64,000 bases of DNA from an uncultured bacterium. GTDB taxonomy: Bacteria; Patescibacteriota; Minisyncoccia; Phycocordibacterales; PALSA-1337. Under the pieces are notes generated by a model that searched no databases, was not told where the DNA came from, and was given only the letters and a program-made list of their open reading frames with translations. Below are positions 20,318 through 31,763 of the stretch, in pieces; positions within the stretch are counted from its first letter, which is position 1; each line of letters starts with the position of its first letter. Where the stretch lies: contig OY969557.1 of the NCBI GenBank assembly GCA_963701025.1, positions 36,849-100,848 on the forward strand, given 5' to 3'. A program made the translations under genes and the position numbers.

Positions 20318-21912
20318 CTATGAGAACAACACCCTCCCGGTCATCTCTTTCGGCACCGGTAGTCCGAGCAAGCTCAAAACCGTCGGGGCCACGTCTGAAA
20401 GTCCGCCATCGTGGAGCTTTACGGCGTCCTTAACAGCAGCTCCCGCTAGAATGCACGGCACGGGACTGGTCGTATGAGAGGTATGTCTCACGCCGGTCGC
20501 GGGATCGACGTTGATCTCCGCATTGCCATGATCGGCGGTTATGAGAGCGGTGCCGCCGGCGGCTTCCAAGGCCGTGATGACGCGTTTTAACTGCGCGTCG
20601 ATCTTTTCCACCGCGACAATTATAGCCGGAACGTTGGCGGTATGGCCGACCATGTCCGCGTTGGCGAAATTTATGAATATAAAAGGCGTGCCGCTCTTGA
20701 TCTCGGCGATGGCCGTGTCGGCAATGGCCTCGGCCCGCATCTCCGGAGCCTGATCGTGAGTCTTTATATCCTTACGGCTGGGGATTAGAATGTCGCGCTC
20801 GCCCTGGTACGGCTTCTCGCGCCCGCCGTTCAGGAAATAAGTGGCGTGGGCGAATTTTTCCGTCTCGGCGATGTGTGCCTGGCCGAGCCCGGCCCTAGCG
20901 ACTTCTTGGCCTATGGTCGTGCCGACCACGGTTGGCGGGAAAGCCACGATACAGTCGAAATCCGCGCTGTATTCGGTCAGTGTGACGAACATGATATTAT
21001 CGTTCTTTCCCCTAGAGATGAGTTTCTCCGAGAGCATGCGAGCCCGGTCGGCCCGGAAATTGAAGAAGAAAACAGCGTCATTCTTCTCTATGGCACAGCC
21101 ATTCGCCGTCGACCCGTCTCCTTGCGGAATGACGCATACGGCAGGTTCCATGAATTCATCGCTTTTGCCGGTCTCGTATTGGTCTTCCATGTATGCCGAT
21201 GGTTTTATCGAACAAACATTGCCCACGCATTCGAACATTGCCTGTTCGGTTTTGGCCAGCCGGTCCCAGTTATGATCGCGATCCATGGCATAATAGCGGC
21301 CGGAAATCGTGGCTATGAAAAAATGCGGTGGCACCGAGTATGTCGGCAGATATAGGATGGATAGTCGGCATTGAGCTCGGCCAATACCGCCTCCAGTTCT
21401 TTCAGATATTCCGAAGCGCTCTGCGGCGGCGTGTCGCGGCCGTCGGTGAAGACGTGGATGGCTACTTTTTGCGCGCCTTTTTCCTTGGCAAGGCGCAGGA
21501 AAGCATAAAGATGCTCCTGATGGCTGTGGATGCCGCCGGGGGAGACTAGACCTTGGACATGCAAGGTGGAGTCGTATTTCTTCACATGCTCGAACAGGCC
21601 GAGGATAGCCGGATTTCTGGCGAAAGCGCCGGAGTGTATGGCTTTGTCTATGCGCACGAGATCGCTGTCCACTATGGTGCCGGCGCCAATGGTCATATGG
21701 CCGACCTCGCTATTGCCCATGACGCCTTTCGGAAGGCCGACCGCCGGTCCGGAAGCCTGAAGCAGGCAATGAGGGTATGTCTTCCAAAGATGATCGAAGA
21801 ACGGTTTTTTCGCCGCCGCGATGGCATTGTCTTTCGTGTCCGCGCGATAGCCCCAGCCGTCGAGGACGATGAGCATGACGGGTTTTTTCGGCAAAGAGAT
21901 TTCTTTCGTCAT
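20318..21912 (-). CDS. gpmI: 2,3-bisphosphoglycerate-independent phosphoglycerate mutase, frameshift near 21340
   Basis: LIVLDGWG, MGNSEVGH, DGRDTPP; SGRYYAMDRD, NFRADRA, AETEKFAH, DMVGHT, TADHGNAE. Confidence 0.92.
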
Positions 21913-21969
21913 AAAGGTTGATTATAGCATTACGCACGCAAAACCCCCCGAAGGGGGTCGTGCGCCATA

Positions 21970-22090
21970 GGTAGGCCGTACTGAAGAGAGAAATTCCAAA
22001 AATTCAAAGTGGTGTCCTTACGCCGGGAGTACCGGCATTTTGTGTGGACCCTATATGGTGAGTTAAGGATTCTCTCCTAGACAAGCCTGC
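21970..22090 (-). ncRNA. Candidate 6S RNA-like rod-shaped RNA
   Basis: TTGACT/CACAAT promoter at ~22095-22122; 5' AGGCTTGTCTAGGAGAGAA pairs with 3' TTCTCTCTTCAGTACGGCCT; central bubble; apical GCCGG-TACTC-CCGGC; downstream CCCCCTTCGGGGGGTTTT terminator. Confidence 0.55.
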
Positions 22091-22173
22091 GTTAATTGTG
22101 AACCACTTTTTTTTGAAGTCAACCTCTAGCGCGGGAATTTCAGGGGAAATGCTGTGCACAATCGGTGCATAAC

Positions 22174-23571
<1,398 letters not shown>

Positions 23572-24777
23572 TCAATTCGTATCCTTTATCGTCAATGTCG
23601 GTATCAGAGCCAACAGACAGATAGTCCCGATGACGGCGAACATATGAGCATTGGTCGTGAACATCAGTCCGATGATGGCGACTAAAGGCGCTATGAAATA
23701 TGACAGAGGCCTGGTGATGCGGAAGACGCCCAAGGCCGCCGCATCGCGGGGGGAAACGGTCTTGAAAAAGTAAGTCTCTATCATGATCTCCGCCGCGGCC
23801 GCTCCGACGCGGGTGGCGAAAAGAGCGATGGCCCAAATGGCGATGTTCGGCACGGCGATGAAGGCTAGAGCTATCGTCGAGATGCCCATCAGAGCGAAGC
23901 CGAGCGTCATGATCTCCTTCTCGCCGTATTTTTTGTCGGCAAGCCTGCCCAATGGATATTGGATGAGCGGGAATGGCAGGAGCATGATGACCAATATGAT
24001 GCCGATTTCCTCCCAACCGAAGCCCATGGTCTGATGCAGATAGATCGGGCTGTAGACGACCATCCAGGCGTAAAAAGTCTGGAGTATTAGATTGGCGGCG
24101 AAAAGCTTGTCCCAATTCTTATTCCGCGATATGTGCTTGACCAGCTGTAGCGGAGACAGGTGGGTGTAATTCGGGTCCTTGAAGCGGGGAAAGTTCCGAT
24201 ATATGAGGTAGAAAAGAGGAACGAGCATGGCCAATCCGGCGACATAGGTGTTGTGATAATCATTGCTGCCGTTTATGAGCATGCTTCCGATGAGGGGGGC
24301 TATGACCCAGGAGGCGTTCAAGGTGGCGTTATAAAGGCCGCGGACGGAGCCGACATTGGTAGTATCGGTGTACACTTCCAAGAAGACGTCGAAAGTCAGA
24401 CTGATCATGGCGATGATCGCCGTTTGGGCGATGAAGAAGAAAGCTATGAGCGACGGCGACGTCGAAGCGATCAAGCCATAGAACAGGATGATCTGGATGA
24501 GTACGAGCCACAAAGCCACGGTATAGTTTCCAAGCTTGCGTATGATCGATGGTATCAGGAGAAAACCAAGGATTGTCACTGCCCCGCCTATCATGTATAT
24601 GTAGCTTACCGTTTGCTCGCTGGCGAAGAGGGATAGGAAGCTCGAATTTGAGTACATCGGTATCACTTCATGCAGGGTATATATAAAGCCTATAAGAGCG
24701 ATCGTATACACTGCGTGGCTTCTGGGTATCGGACGCGATGCGCGAGAGAGAGGAGGCTGGTTCATAAGAGGTGACAT
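23572..24777 (-). CDS. MFS transporter
   Basis: About 12 TM segments, GRLADKKYGEK motif A. Confidence 0.85.
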   Translation of the reverse strand: MSPLMNQPPLSRASRPIPRSHAVYTIALIGFIYTLHEVIPMYSNSSFLSLFASEQTVSYIYMIGGAVTILGFLLIPSIIRKLGNYTVALWLVLIQIILFYGLIASTSPSLIAFFFIAQTAIIAMISLTFDVFLEVYTDTTNVGSVRGLYNATLNASWVIAPLIGSMLINGSNDYHNTYVAGLAMLVPLFYLIYRNFPRFKDPNYTHLSPLQLVKHISRNKNWDKLFAANLILQTFYAWMVVYSPIYLHQTMGFGWEEIGIILVIMLLPFPLIQYPLGRLADKKYGEKEIMTLGFALMGISTIALAFIAVPNIAIWAIALFATRVGAAAAEIMIETYFFKTVSPRDAAALGVFRITRPLSYFIAPLVAIIGLMFTTNAHMFAVIGTICLLALIPTLTIKDTN

Positions 24778-24854
24778 TATATCAAGATTATCCGTTCACA
24801 CCAATATACGGATCATTTGTATATTTGTGCGTGATATGATAAATTACTCCAATC

Positions 24855-25121
24855 ATGAAAAAGGATATCCACCCGCAAAACTATCGTCCGGTCATCTTCG
24901 CCGACAATTCCAGCGGGGCTAAATTTCTGATCGCTTCGACGATCGAGACGAAAGAGACGGCGAAATGGATGGATGGAAAAGAGTATCCGGCTTTCCATGT
25001 CGAGATCTCGAGCGCTTCGCATCCTTTCTATACCAATCAGGAGAAGATCGTCGATACCGCCGGCCGCGTGGAGAAGTTCAAGACCCGCCAGTCAAAGGCC
25101 AAAGGAGCTAACAAGAAGTAG
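24855..25121 (+). CDS. rpmE2: 50S ribosomal protein L31 type B (zinc-free)
   Basis: [24 protein letters not shown]; no Cys. Confidence 0.95.
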   Translation: MKKDIHPQNYRPVIFADNSSGAKFLIASTIETKETAKWMDGKEYPAFHVEISSASHPFYTNQEKIVDTAGRVEKFKTRQSKAKGANKK

Positions 25122-26078
25122 ATGAATCTAGAACCATTCAAGGAGAACCCTAAAACCTCCTTCCTTGCCGGTCTCTACGAAAAGCTAGAAAAAGACGAAA
25201 AAGAGGTCCGGGCGATGATGGAGAAAGACCCGGCTTTAAAGGAGATGGCCGAGCATGATCTGGCTTCTATTTTGGATCAGAAGAAGTCACTGGAAAACCA
25301 GATGGAGGAGATCGTCAAGGCCGACGTCGAGGAAGAAGAAAAACCAAGAGAAGTCATACTTGAAGTCCGAGCCGGTGCCGGCGGGGATGAGGCGGCTCTT
25401 TTTGCCGCCGAACTTCTCGATATGTACAAGCGCTACGCCGAGATCCGTGGCTGGAAAAGCAAGGTCAGCGACGATCTCACTCTCGAACTCAAAGGTTTGG
25501 GCGTCTACGAAGACCTGCGCTGGGAGACAGGCGTTCATCGGGTTCAGCGCGTGCCGGAGACGGAGAAAATGGGACGCATACATACTTCGACTGCTTCAGT
25601 GGCGATCATGCCTATTCGCAAGAAGTCTAAGTTCGTCATCAATCCTGCCGACCTGGAGATGGAATTCTCCCGTGCCGGCGGCAAGGGTGGACAGAATGTG
25701 AACAAGGTCGAGAGCGCCGTGCGACTCATCCATAAGCCTACGGGTCTAGCCGTCCGTTCGACCGTTGAGCGAAGCCAGAGCGCTAACAGGGAACACGCCT
25801 TGACTATTTTGACCGCCAAGTTGGATGCTCTCCAGCAAGAGGAAGAAGCCAAGAAATTCGCCGCCAACCGCAAAGGTCAAATAGGCACAGGCGACCGTTC
25901 AGAGAAGATCCGCACGTATAATTTTCCGCAAGACCGCGTGACCGATCACCGCATAAAAGAATCCTGGCACAACATACCCGGCATCATGGACGGGAAGATA
26001 CAGCCTATTGTCGATGCGCTGCATGATTTTGAGAAGACGGGGAAGGCAGGGGGTGATAGTAGTGATAAAGGAGAGTAA
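25122..26078 (+). CDS. prfA: Peptide chain release factor 1
   Basis: HRVQRVPETE (PxT), GGQNVNK, RTYNFPQDRVTDHR. Confidence 0.95.
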   Translation: MNLEPFKENPKTSFLAGLYEKLEKDEKEVRAMMEKDPALKEMAEHDLASILDQKKSLENQMEEIVKADVEEEEKPREVILEVRAGAGGDEAALFAAELLDMYKRYAEIRGWKSKVSDDLTLELKGLGVYEDLRWETGVHRVQRVPETEKMGRIHTSTASVAIMPIRKKSKFVINPADLEMEFSRAGGKGGQNVNKVESAVRLIHKPTGLAVRSTVERSQSANREHALTILTAKLDALQQEEEAKKFAANRKGQIGTGDRSEKIRTYNFPQDRVTDHRIKESWHNIPGIMDGKIQPIVDALHDFEKTGKAGGDSSDKGE

Positions 26079-26142
26079 TATAATCAACTCAAAAAGTACG
26101 CTAAATTTTTATGGAGTCTCCCCTTGCATTGTCCTGCTCAAG

Positions 26143-26209
26143 GTAGGGGTGACGAAAAATTTTCGTCAGTGGCTTAAAATAAGGGTTGACGAAAAAAGTT
26201 CGTCACCCC
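26143..26209. repeat. 67-bp double-palindrome element, copy 1
   Basis: 62/67 identical to 61860-61926. Confidence 0.9.
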
Positions 26210-26298
26210 TTGATTGGTGGTAAAATGTCTGTTCCCCTGCCCACAAATCCATAAATCTCTTTTTAATCAAATTATTTAACTTCGACTGATTGATCATC

Positions 26299-26634
26299 AT
26301 GAGCCATGACGACTATTACAGATCAATAAAAGGAGTCCTAACTGTTATCGATTTTTCGCCGAAAGAACAGGAGATACTAATAATTCTTTTGGAATTAAAA
26401 AGCGGCGTTAGCGCTTCATTAGCCGCACAGGAGCTTGAGGTTCCGCGCCAAACGGCCTATTCGCTCCTCAAGAAACTATCTGATAAAGGCGCGGTCAGTA
26501 TTGGGACGATCCGTAAAGAAGGGAATAACAGCGCCATATTCCTGACAAGCAAAGAACATCTATCAAAATTCATAGATGATCGTTGCGCTGCATTGCAATC
26601 CGCCAAAACCGCTCTATTAAAGAGCATTATTTGA
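26299..26634 (+). CDS. TrmB-like winged-HTH protein
   Basis: FSPKEQEILIILL...ASLAAQELEVPRQTAYSLLKKLSDKG. Confidence 0.7.
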   Translation: MSHDDYYRSIKGVLTVIDFSPKEQEILIILLELKSGVSASLAAQELEVPRQTAYSLLKKLSDKGAVSIGTIRKEGNNSAIFLTSKEHLSKFIDDRCAALQSAKTALLKSII

Positions 26635-26670
26635 CTTCATTACGATATCTTGATAAGCTGTCTTTCTCAT

Positions 26671-27363
26671 ATGTCGACCCAAACCAACCCGACCATAGAC
26701 GGAATGTTCAGCGCCGGAGCGCATTTCGGTCTTGGCCGTTCGCGCAGGCATCCAACGGTCGTGGCATACATCTTCGGCACCAAGAACCGCACCGACATAT
26801 TCGATCTGGAGAAGACCGCCCGCTTGCTCGACGCCGCCAAAGCCTATATCGCTTCGCTCGCCAAGGAGGGCAAGACCATCCTCTTCGTCGGCGGCAAGAA
26901 AGAGGCTTCGGCCGCGGTCATGTCGTCCGCCCAGTCCCTCAACATGCCGTATGTCGAAGGACGCTGGATCGGCGGCACCCTCACCAATTTCGGCAATATC
27001 AGGAAGCGCATCGAGCGCCTCGAGAAACTCACTTCCGACCGCGAAAAGGGGGAACTGGCCAAATACACCAAACGCGAGCGCATGCTTTTCGACAAAGAGA
27101 TAGCCAAGCTGGAACGGATGTTCTCCGGCGTCGTCTCCCTGAAGAAGATGCCCGACGCTCTGTTCATCGTCGATCCCCGCAAAGAGCAGAATGCCGTCAG
27201 TGAGGCCGCCCACATGAAGATACCAACCATCGCCATAGCCGGTTCCGACTGCGACATCGCCGAGATACGCTATCCGATCGTCGGCAATGACGGATCCAAG
27301 GCCAGCATCCAGTTCTTCCTCGCTGAAGCGACCAAGGCGTATCAAGAAGGCAAGAAGATTTAA
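26671..27363 (+). CDS. rpsB: 30S ribosomal protein S2
   Basis: AGAHFG, RWIGGTLTNF, YPIVGND. Confidence 0.97.
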   Translation: MSTQTNPTIDGMFSAGAHFGLGRSRRHPTVVAYIFGTKNRTDIFDLEKTARLLDAAKAYIASLAKEGKTILFVGGKKEASAAVMSSAQSLNMPYVEGRWIGGTLTNFGNIRKRIERLEKLTSDREKGELAKYTKRERMLFDKEIAKLERMFSGVVSLKKMPDALFIVDPRKEQNAVSEAAHMKIPTIAIAGSDCDIAEIRYPIVGNDGSKASIQFFLAEATKAYQEGKKI

Positions 27364-27364
27364 A

Positions 27365-27976
27365 ATGGTAATCACCACCGAACAAGTAAAGAAGCTCCGC
27401 GACATGACCGGTATTTCCGTCATGCAATGCAAGAAAGCCTTGGAAGAGGCCGGCGGCGACATGGAGAAAGCCATCGTCATACTGCGCAAAAAATCTGGCG
27501 AGCTTTCGGCCAAGAAGGGGGACCGCACCTTCCGTTCCGGCACCGTACAATCTTACATTCACGCCAACAGCTTGGTCGGAACGATCGTAGAGCTCGATTG
27601 CGAGAGCGATTTCGTCTCCGGCAACGACGAGTTCAAAGCTCTGGCCCGCGACATCGCCATGCATGCCACTGCCACCAATCCGAAATTCATCAGGAAGGAG
27701 GACATAACTGAAGCAGACATGAGGTCCGCCAAGGCCGTCTTCGCCGATGAGATAAAGAGCCTGCCTGCCGGCAAACAGGGCAAGCCCGCGGCCATGAAAG
27801 ACAAGATCCTCCAAGGCAAGCTCGACACCTATTTCGCCGACATGGTCCTCATGGATCAGCCTTTCATCAAGAATCCCGATATGACCATCCAAGGTCTCAT
27901 CGACGCCGCCGTCCAGAAATTCGGCGAGAAGATCGCCGTCGCCCGGTTCAATCGCTTTAAAGTCTTGGAGAGCTAG
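27365..27976 (+). CDS. tsf: Elongation factor Ts (short form)
   Basis: VKKLRDMTG, ELDCESDFV, IAMHA, QPFIKNPD. Confidence 0.95.
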   Translation: MVITTEQVKKLRDMTGISVMQCKKALEEAGGDMEKAIVILRKKSGELSAKKGDRTFRSGTVQSYIHANSLVGTIVELDCESDFVSGNDEFKALARDIAMHATATNPKFIRKEDITEADMRSAKAVFADEIKSLPAGKQGKPAAMKDKILQGKLDTYFADMVLMDQPFIKNPDMTIQGLIDAAVQKFGEKIAVARFNRFKVLES

Positions 27977-28002
27977 CCACGGGCGCTTCCGCGCGCCTTC
28001 CC

Positions 28003-28389
28003 ATGTATACCCTCATCACAATCTTCTACGTGTCGCTCGTCGGGATCATAGTCATGATCCTGTGGAAACGGCATGAATTGAAGACTGGCCGCCCGTCGCT
28101 CGTCTCGCGCCTGGGGCAGGGCAGCGATCATATCTTCCACGCTTTTTTTTCCGGCATACATCGCGGCGTCTCTTATGTAAATAAGCATACGTTCATAGCG
28201 CTCGCCCAGTGGCTGGCTTTCCGTGCCCTCGTCCCCGTGAGGAAAGTCTACGTCGAGGTCAAACACAAAGCCCTCACCAATCCCCACGGCAAGAAAGTCA
28301 TCGATGCCGTCCGCGGCAAAGGCGAGATCACCGAGCATGGCGCGTCGTTCTATCTGCGCAGGATTGCGAAAGAAGAAGGTAGAAAGTAG
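28003..28389 (+). CDS. Hypothetical membrane-anchored protein
   Basis: N-terminal TM helix, host-like codon usage. Confidence 0.7.
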   Translation: MYTLITIFYVSLVGIIVMILWKRHELKTGRPSLVSRLGQGSDHIFHAFFSGIHRGVSYVNKHTFIALAQWLAFRALVPVRKVYVEVKHKALTNPHGKKVIDAVRGKGEITEHGASFYLRRIAKEEGRK

Positions 28390-28397
28390 AGAGTAGT

Positions 28398-28549
28398 ATG
28401 TCTAAAAGTTATGAAAATCTGAAAGTCTCTTGCATATTGCACAAGAACTGGGATACTTATCGCAGAAAGAATTCGATCAACTTAAGGGGAAAGTTGAGGC
28501 ACTCGGTATAAAGACAGGAGCTTTCAAGAAATATCTGAATAAGGAGTAA
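28398..28549 (+). pseudogene. Four-helix-bundle (23S rRNA IVP-like) protein remnant with the centre deleted
   Basis: MSKSYENLKV joined out of frame to LHIAQELGYLSQKEFDQL...KYLNKE*; preceded by heptamer repeats. Confidence 0.6.
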
Positions 28550-28553
28550 TCAC

Positions 28554-28626
28554 GCCACCTTAGCTCAATTGGCAGAGCGCCGCTTTTGTAAAGCGGATGT
28601 TCCCGGTTCAAGTCCGGGAGGTGGCT
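28554..28626 (+). tRNA. tRNA-Thr(TGT)
   Basis: Anticodon arm CCGCT-TTTGTAA-AGCGG; T loop GTTCAAG. Confidence 0.95.
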
Positions 28627-28694
28627 CAGTAAAGAGGGTAGAAAGTGGAGGGTGGAAAGTTGAAAATAAAGCTGAGCTTACTACTTTCCACCTT

Positions 28695-29375
28695 CTACTT
28701 TCTACTTGCTGTACTTGTCGCCACCGTGCTCGAAGCCATCTTTGCAAGTTCCGGCATGAGCTTTTCGATATCGGCCAATGACTTCAAGCCGTATGTCGGC
28801 TTGTCGTGGATGACCAAGGCCGGGAATTCCGCCTTGACGCCGTATATGTTTTCCAGCGTTTGCACCGCCGAAACGGCCGAATTGTAATCGAACGAATAGA
28901 CGCGCACTTCGGGATAATCTTCCCGCAAGGCCGTGAGCACCGCGCCGGCGAGGGCACAGTCGGGACAATCGCCCTTATTCGAATAGAAATAGAGCACGAA
29001 GACCGGCTTGCCGCCGCATTTCTCCGTCATATTTTGCATGAGGATATAATCTTTTATCTCGAGAAGGGCGTATTCCTGCTTGAGCTGTATGACTTGAGGA
29101 TCATCTGATCCGCGGGTATTCTCCAGATACGACACCTGCGCGCCCAAGCCGTCCAATTCCTGCGACAGGGAAGAATTGCTCACGTCCTCGCACGGCGTCT
29201 CTTTCAATAGGTCGAACTGTGTCTCCGACGACAATATGTTCATGGAAATGCCGTCTTGGATGGATTTGATCTCGTTCACCCGCTGATTATCAAAATAATT
29301 ACTGACCAAGGTAACGCCGATGAATATGACGGCGGTGATGACGAAGGCGGTGAGGTATTTGCGGTAGGGATGCAT
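28695..29375 (-). CDS. Membrane-anchored thioredoxin-fold protein
   Basis: TM helix, coiled region, LYFYSNKGDCPDC, FPALVI. Confidence 0.7.
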   Translation of the reverse strand: MHPYRKYLTAFVITAVIFIGVTLVSNYFDNQRVNEIKSIQDGISMNILSSETQFDLLKETPCEDVSNSSLSQELDGLGAQVSYLENTRGSDDPQVIQLKQEYALLEIKDYILMQNMTEKCGGKPVFVLYFYSNKGDCPDCALAGAVLTALREDYPEVRVYSFDYNSAVSAVQTLENIYGVKAEFPALVIHDKPTYGLKSLADIEKLMPELAKMASSTVATSTASRK

Positions 29376-29416
29376 GGGGAGACATTAACACATAATAGGT
29401 TATAATTAAAATCCCT

Positions 29417-29824
29417 ATGAACACCTTTCAATTATTTGCCGAGCCTTGGTGGGTGAACCTGGTTATCGTTATACCTTTTGCCGCCTATTTTTTCTGGCGT
29501 AAGAAAGGTCTATCTGTAACCTGGAATGTTTTGATTGCAGCGGCCATATTTGGCATGGCTTTTGGTTTCAACGAGGCGGTAGTAGTCGTCTATCTGCGAG
29601 GAGTTATCGGAGCTCTTCCCGGTCTTGTCAATAACAATGATTTTCTATCGGATCTATCACCGATATTCGCACAGATCGAGTTCTGGCGCGAAGCCGCGAC
29701 TATGGTCATGCTTGTGTGTATTGCCATGCTTTCAGTTAAGACCATACGAGAGCGCACGGCAGTCTTCCTGTGGACATTCGCCTTTTGGGATATCTTTTAC
29801 TATTTGCAAGAAAAAAGTAGCTGA
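29417..29824 (+). pseudogene. Membrane protein, probably C-terminally truncated
   Basis: EAVVVVYLR, EFWREAATMVML, FAFWDIFYY, then an abrupt end. Confidence 0.5.
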
Positions 29825-29861
29825 AGAATATCGCCTTGACACGCATGATATAATTGCATGC

Positions 29862-30354
29862 ATGGCCGATAATCAAAAAATCAGATCATCAGCAATAAGG
29901 CGACGATGAGACCGCAAAGGAGTTCGAATCATTGAAAGAGGCCGGTTGCATCGTCAAGACTAGAACAGTCTTTTCATACAAAAGACCGGACAAGACCATC
30001 TCCATAAAATGTGTCGGTTGTGGAAAAGATAACGCCGAAGTCGTGGACATGGGCTACAACCGAAAATCGAATTGTGATGTCGATCTGACCGTCGATGCTA
30101 TGGAATACGTCGGACCGGACAAAGAATTCTTGATCTTCACTGGTGACGGCGACTTTGATTATCTGATCGAGAGGCTCGTGAAAAAGGGCATAAAGGTCTA
30201 CATAGTATCTTCAAATGCCGGTATAAAGAAGCCTGGTCTTAACACCAGGAGGTTCTCTACAAGGTTGAAAGAAATTATAAAACAACATGAAAAAGGTAAA
30301 GTCGACCTGATCAACATCGATAGTTGGAAAATGAAGATACAGAAAGAGATATAA
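29862..30354 (+). pseudogene. NYN/LabA domain protein lacking its N-terminal part
   Basis: KSNCDVDLTVDAM, FTGDGDFDYL, GIKVYIVS, STRLK; the ATG at 29862 is out of frame and the N-terminal DxxN segment is absent. Confidence 0.7.
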
Positions 30355-30438
30355 ATACAAACCGCCACGAAGCGTGGCGGCCTGCGAATGACATTGAGTA
30401 TACTAGCAAAACAGGTGTCAAAAGTCAATAGGCGATAA

Positions 30439-31680
30439 TCACCTCCAACTCCCCACATTCTTCGTAACCGCCCGTCCCCACGATATCGCCACCCACACCG
30501 GCGCAAGGAAACCGTAGAGGAAGGCGTAGGCAAACATGTCACGCGACGGCTTCCATGAGCCGCTGGCTATGCGCTTGCCGAAGAAGATGAAGACGACGGC
30601 CATAGCGACGAGAGCCATGGTCAGCAGGCGGATCTCGGTGGTATTGAAGAAGAATAATTGGAAAGTCGGCCAATGCCATGACCAACCTATGAGCCGCCAG
30701 CGTTCGATGGTATCGGCGGCAGTCGTGGCGGCATTGACCAGGGAATATCCGGCGAAGAAGATGATTGTGACCAACGACAGGACGCCGGCAGGCAGGGTGA
30801 AGGTGCCTATCTGTCCGTGCCTGCGGCTGAATAGGAGATCGCGGTAATCGCGTAGGTTGAGCAGGAAGCCGGTCGTCCATCGGACGCGCTGTTTGACCAA
30901 AGCGCGCACGGTCGCCGGCGGCGTGGTGTAGACATACGCATGTTCCGCGTTTTCTATCTTCAAGTTGTGCCGATGCAGGCGAAGGGCCATCTCCAGATCC
31001 TCGGTATTGTGGGCGCTCTTGAAAGGTCCCACGATGCCGAAAACGGAGCGTCGGAACATGGAGAAAGGCCCGGGCGTGACGTGGATGGCATTCAAGGTGC
31101 TGTACATCTTGCGCAGGAATATGCCGATATTGTATTCGGCGTGCTGGATATGTTCCAGTATGTTCCGGGGCGACCGGACCTTTATGGCGGGAGTCACGGC
31201 CATGACGGCCGAGTCGGCGAACAAAGGCACCATCCGGTTCAGCGCCTCCGGATGTACGAAAGAATCTGCATCCAAGCAGCCGACTATGTCGCTCGCGCTA
31301 TTCTCTATGCCGAGATTGACGGCAGTATGCTTGCCCCCGTTTTTCTTTTGAAGGACCTTTATTTGCGGGTCATTTTCATATCTTTGGAGATAAGACAGCG
31401 TATCGTCCGTCGAGCCGTCATCAACGGCGATGATCGAGAGCTTGTCTTGCGGGTAATTCAATCTTTTCAGCGAGTCGATAGTTCCGACAATGGTGGCTTC
31501 TTCGTTGAAGCACGGGACGATGACGGAAACGGTCGGCAAGACGCCGTAATCGAACACGGCTTTGCTCGGCTTACTCTTCAAGCTATCGCGGTGCTCGATG
31601 AGGGTTATTATCAGGAATACCTGTATATATAGGGAAGCAAACAGGAATATCTCGACTGTAGTCGAAAGGACGGGATTCAT
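30439..31680 (-). CDS. GT2 processive glycosyltransferase
   Basis: IVPCFNEE, DDGSTD, LDAD, TED, QRVRW, TM segments. Confidence 0.92.
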   Translation of the reverse strand: MNPVLSTTVEIFLFASLYIQVFLIITLIEHRDSLKSKPSKAVFDYGVLPTVSVIVPCFNEEATIVGTIDSLKRLNYPQDKLSIIAVDDGSTDDTLSYLQRYENDPQIKVLQKKNGGKHTAVNLGIENSASDIVGCLDADSFVHPEALNRMVPLFADSAVMAVTPAIKVRSPRNILEHIQHAEYNIGIFLRKMYSTLNAIHVTPGPFSMFRRSVFGIVGPFKSAHNTEDLEMALRLHRHNLKIENAEHAYVYTTPPATVRALVKQRVRWTTGFLLNLRDYRDLLFSRRHGQIGTFTLPAGVLSLVTIIFFAGYSLVNAATTAADTIERWRLIGWSWHWPTFQLFFFNTTEIRLLTMALVAMAVVFIFFGKRIASGSWKPSRDMFAYAFLYGFLAPVWVAISWGRAVTKNVGSWR

Positions 31681-31763
31681 AGGGATAGATTGTATTACAA
31701 ATGCGCCATTTTTTCAATCACTAGGATTTGTACGGATGAAGGAAGCGTGATACATTTTCCTTC

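Noticed and set aside
13361-21912. Programmed frameshifting or pseudogenisation of murJ, lepA and gpmI
   Set aside because: The breaks are small indels, mostly at short homopolymers, in otherwise intact conserved genes, with no slippery site plus stimulator; sequencing or assembly error is more likely
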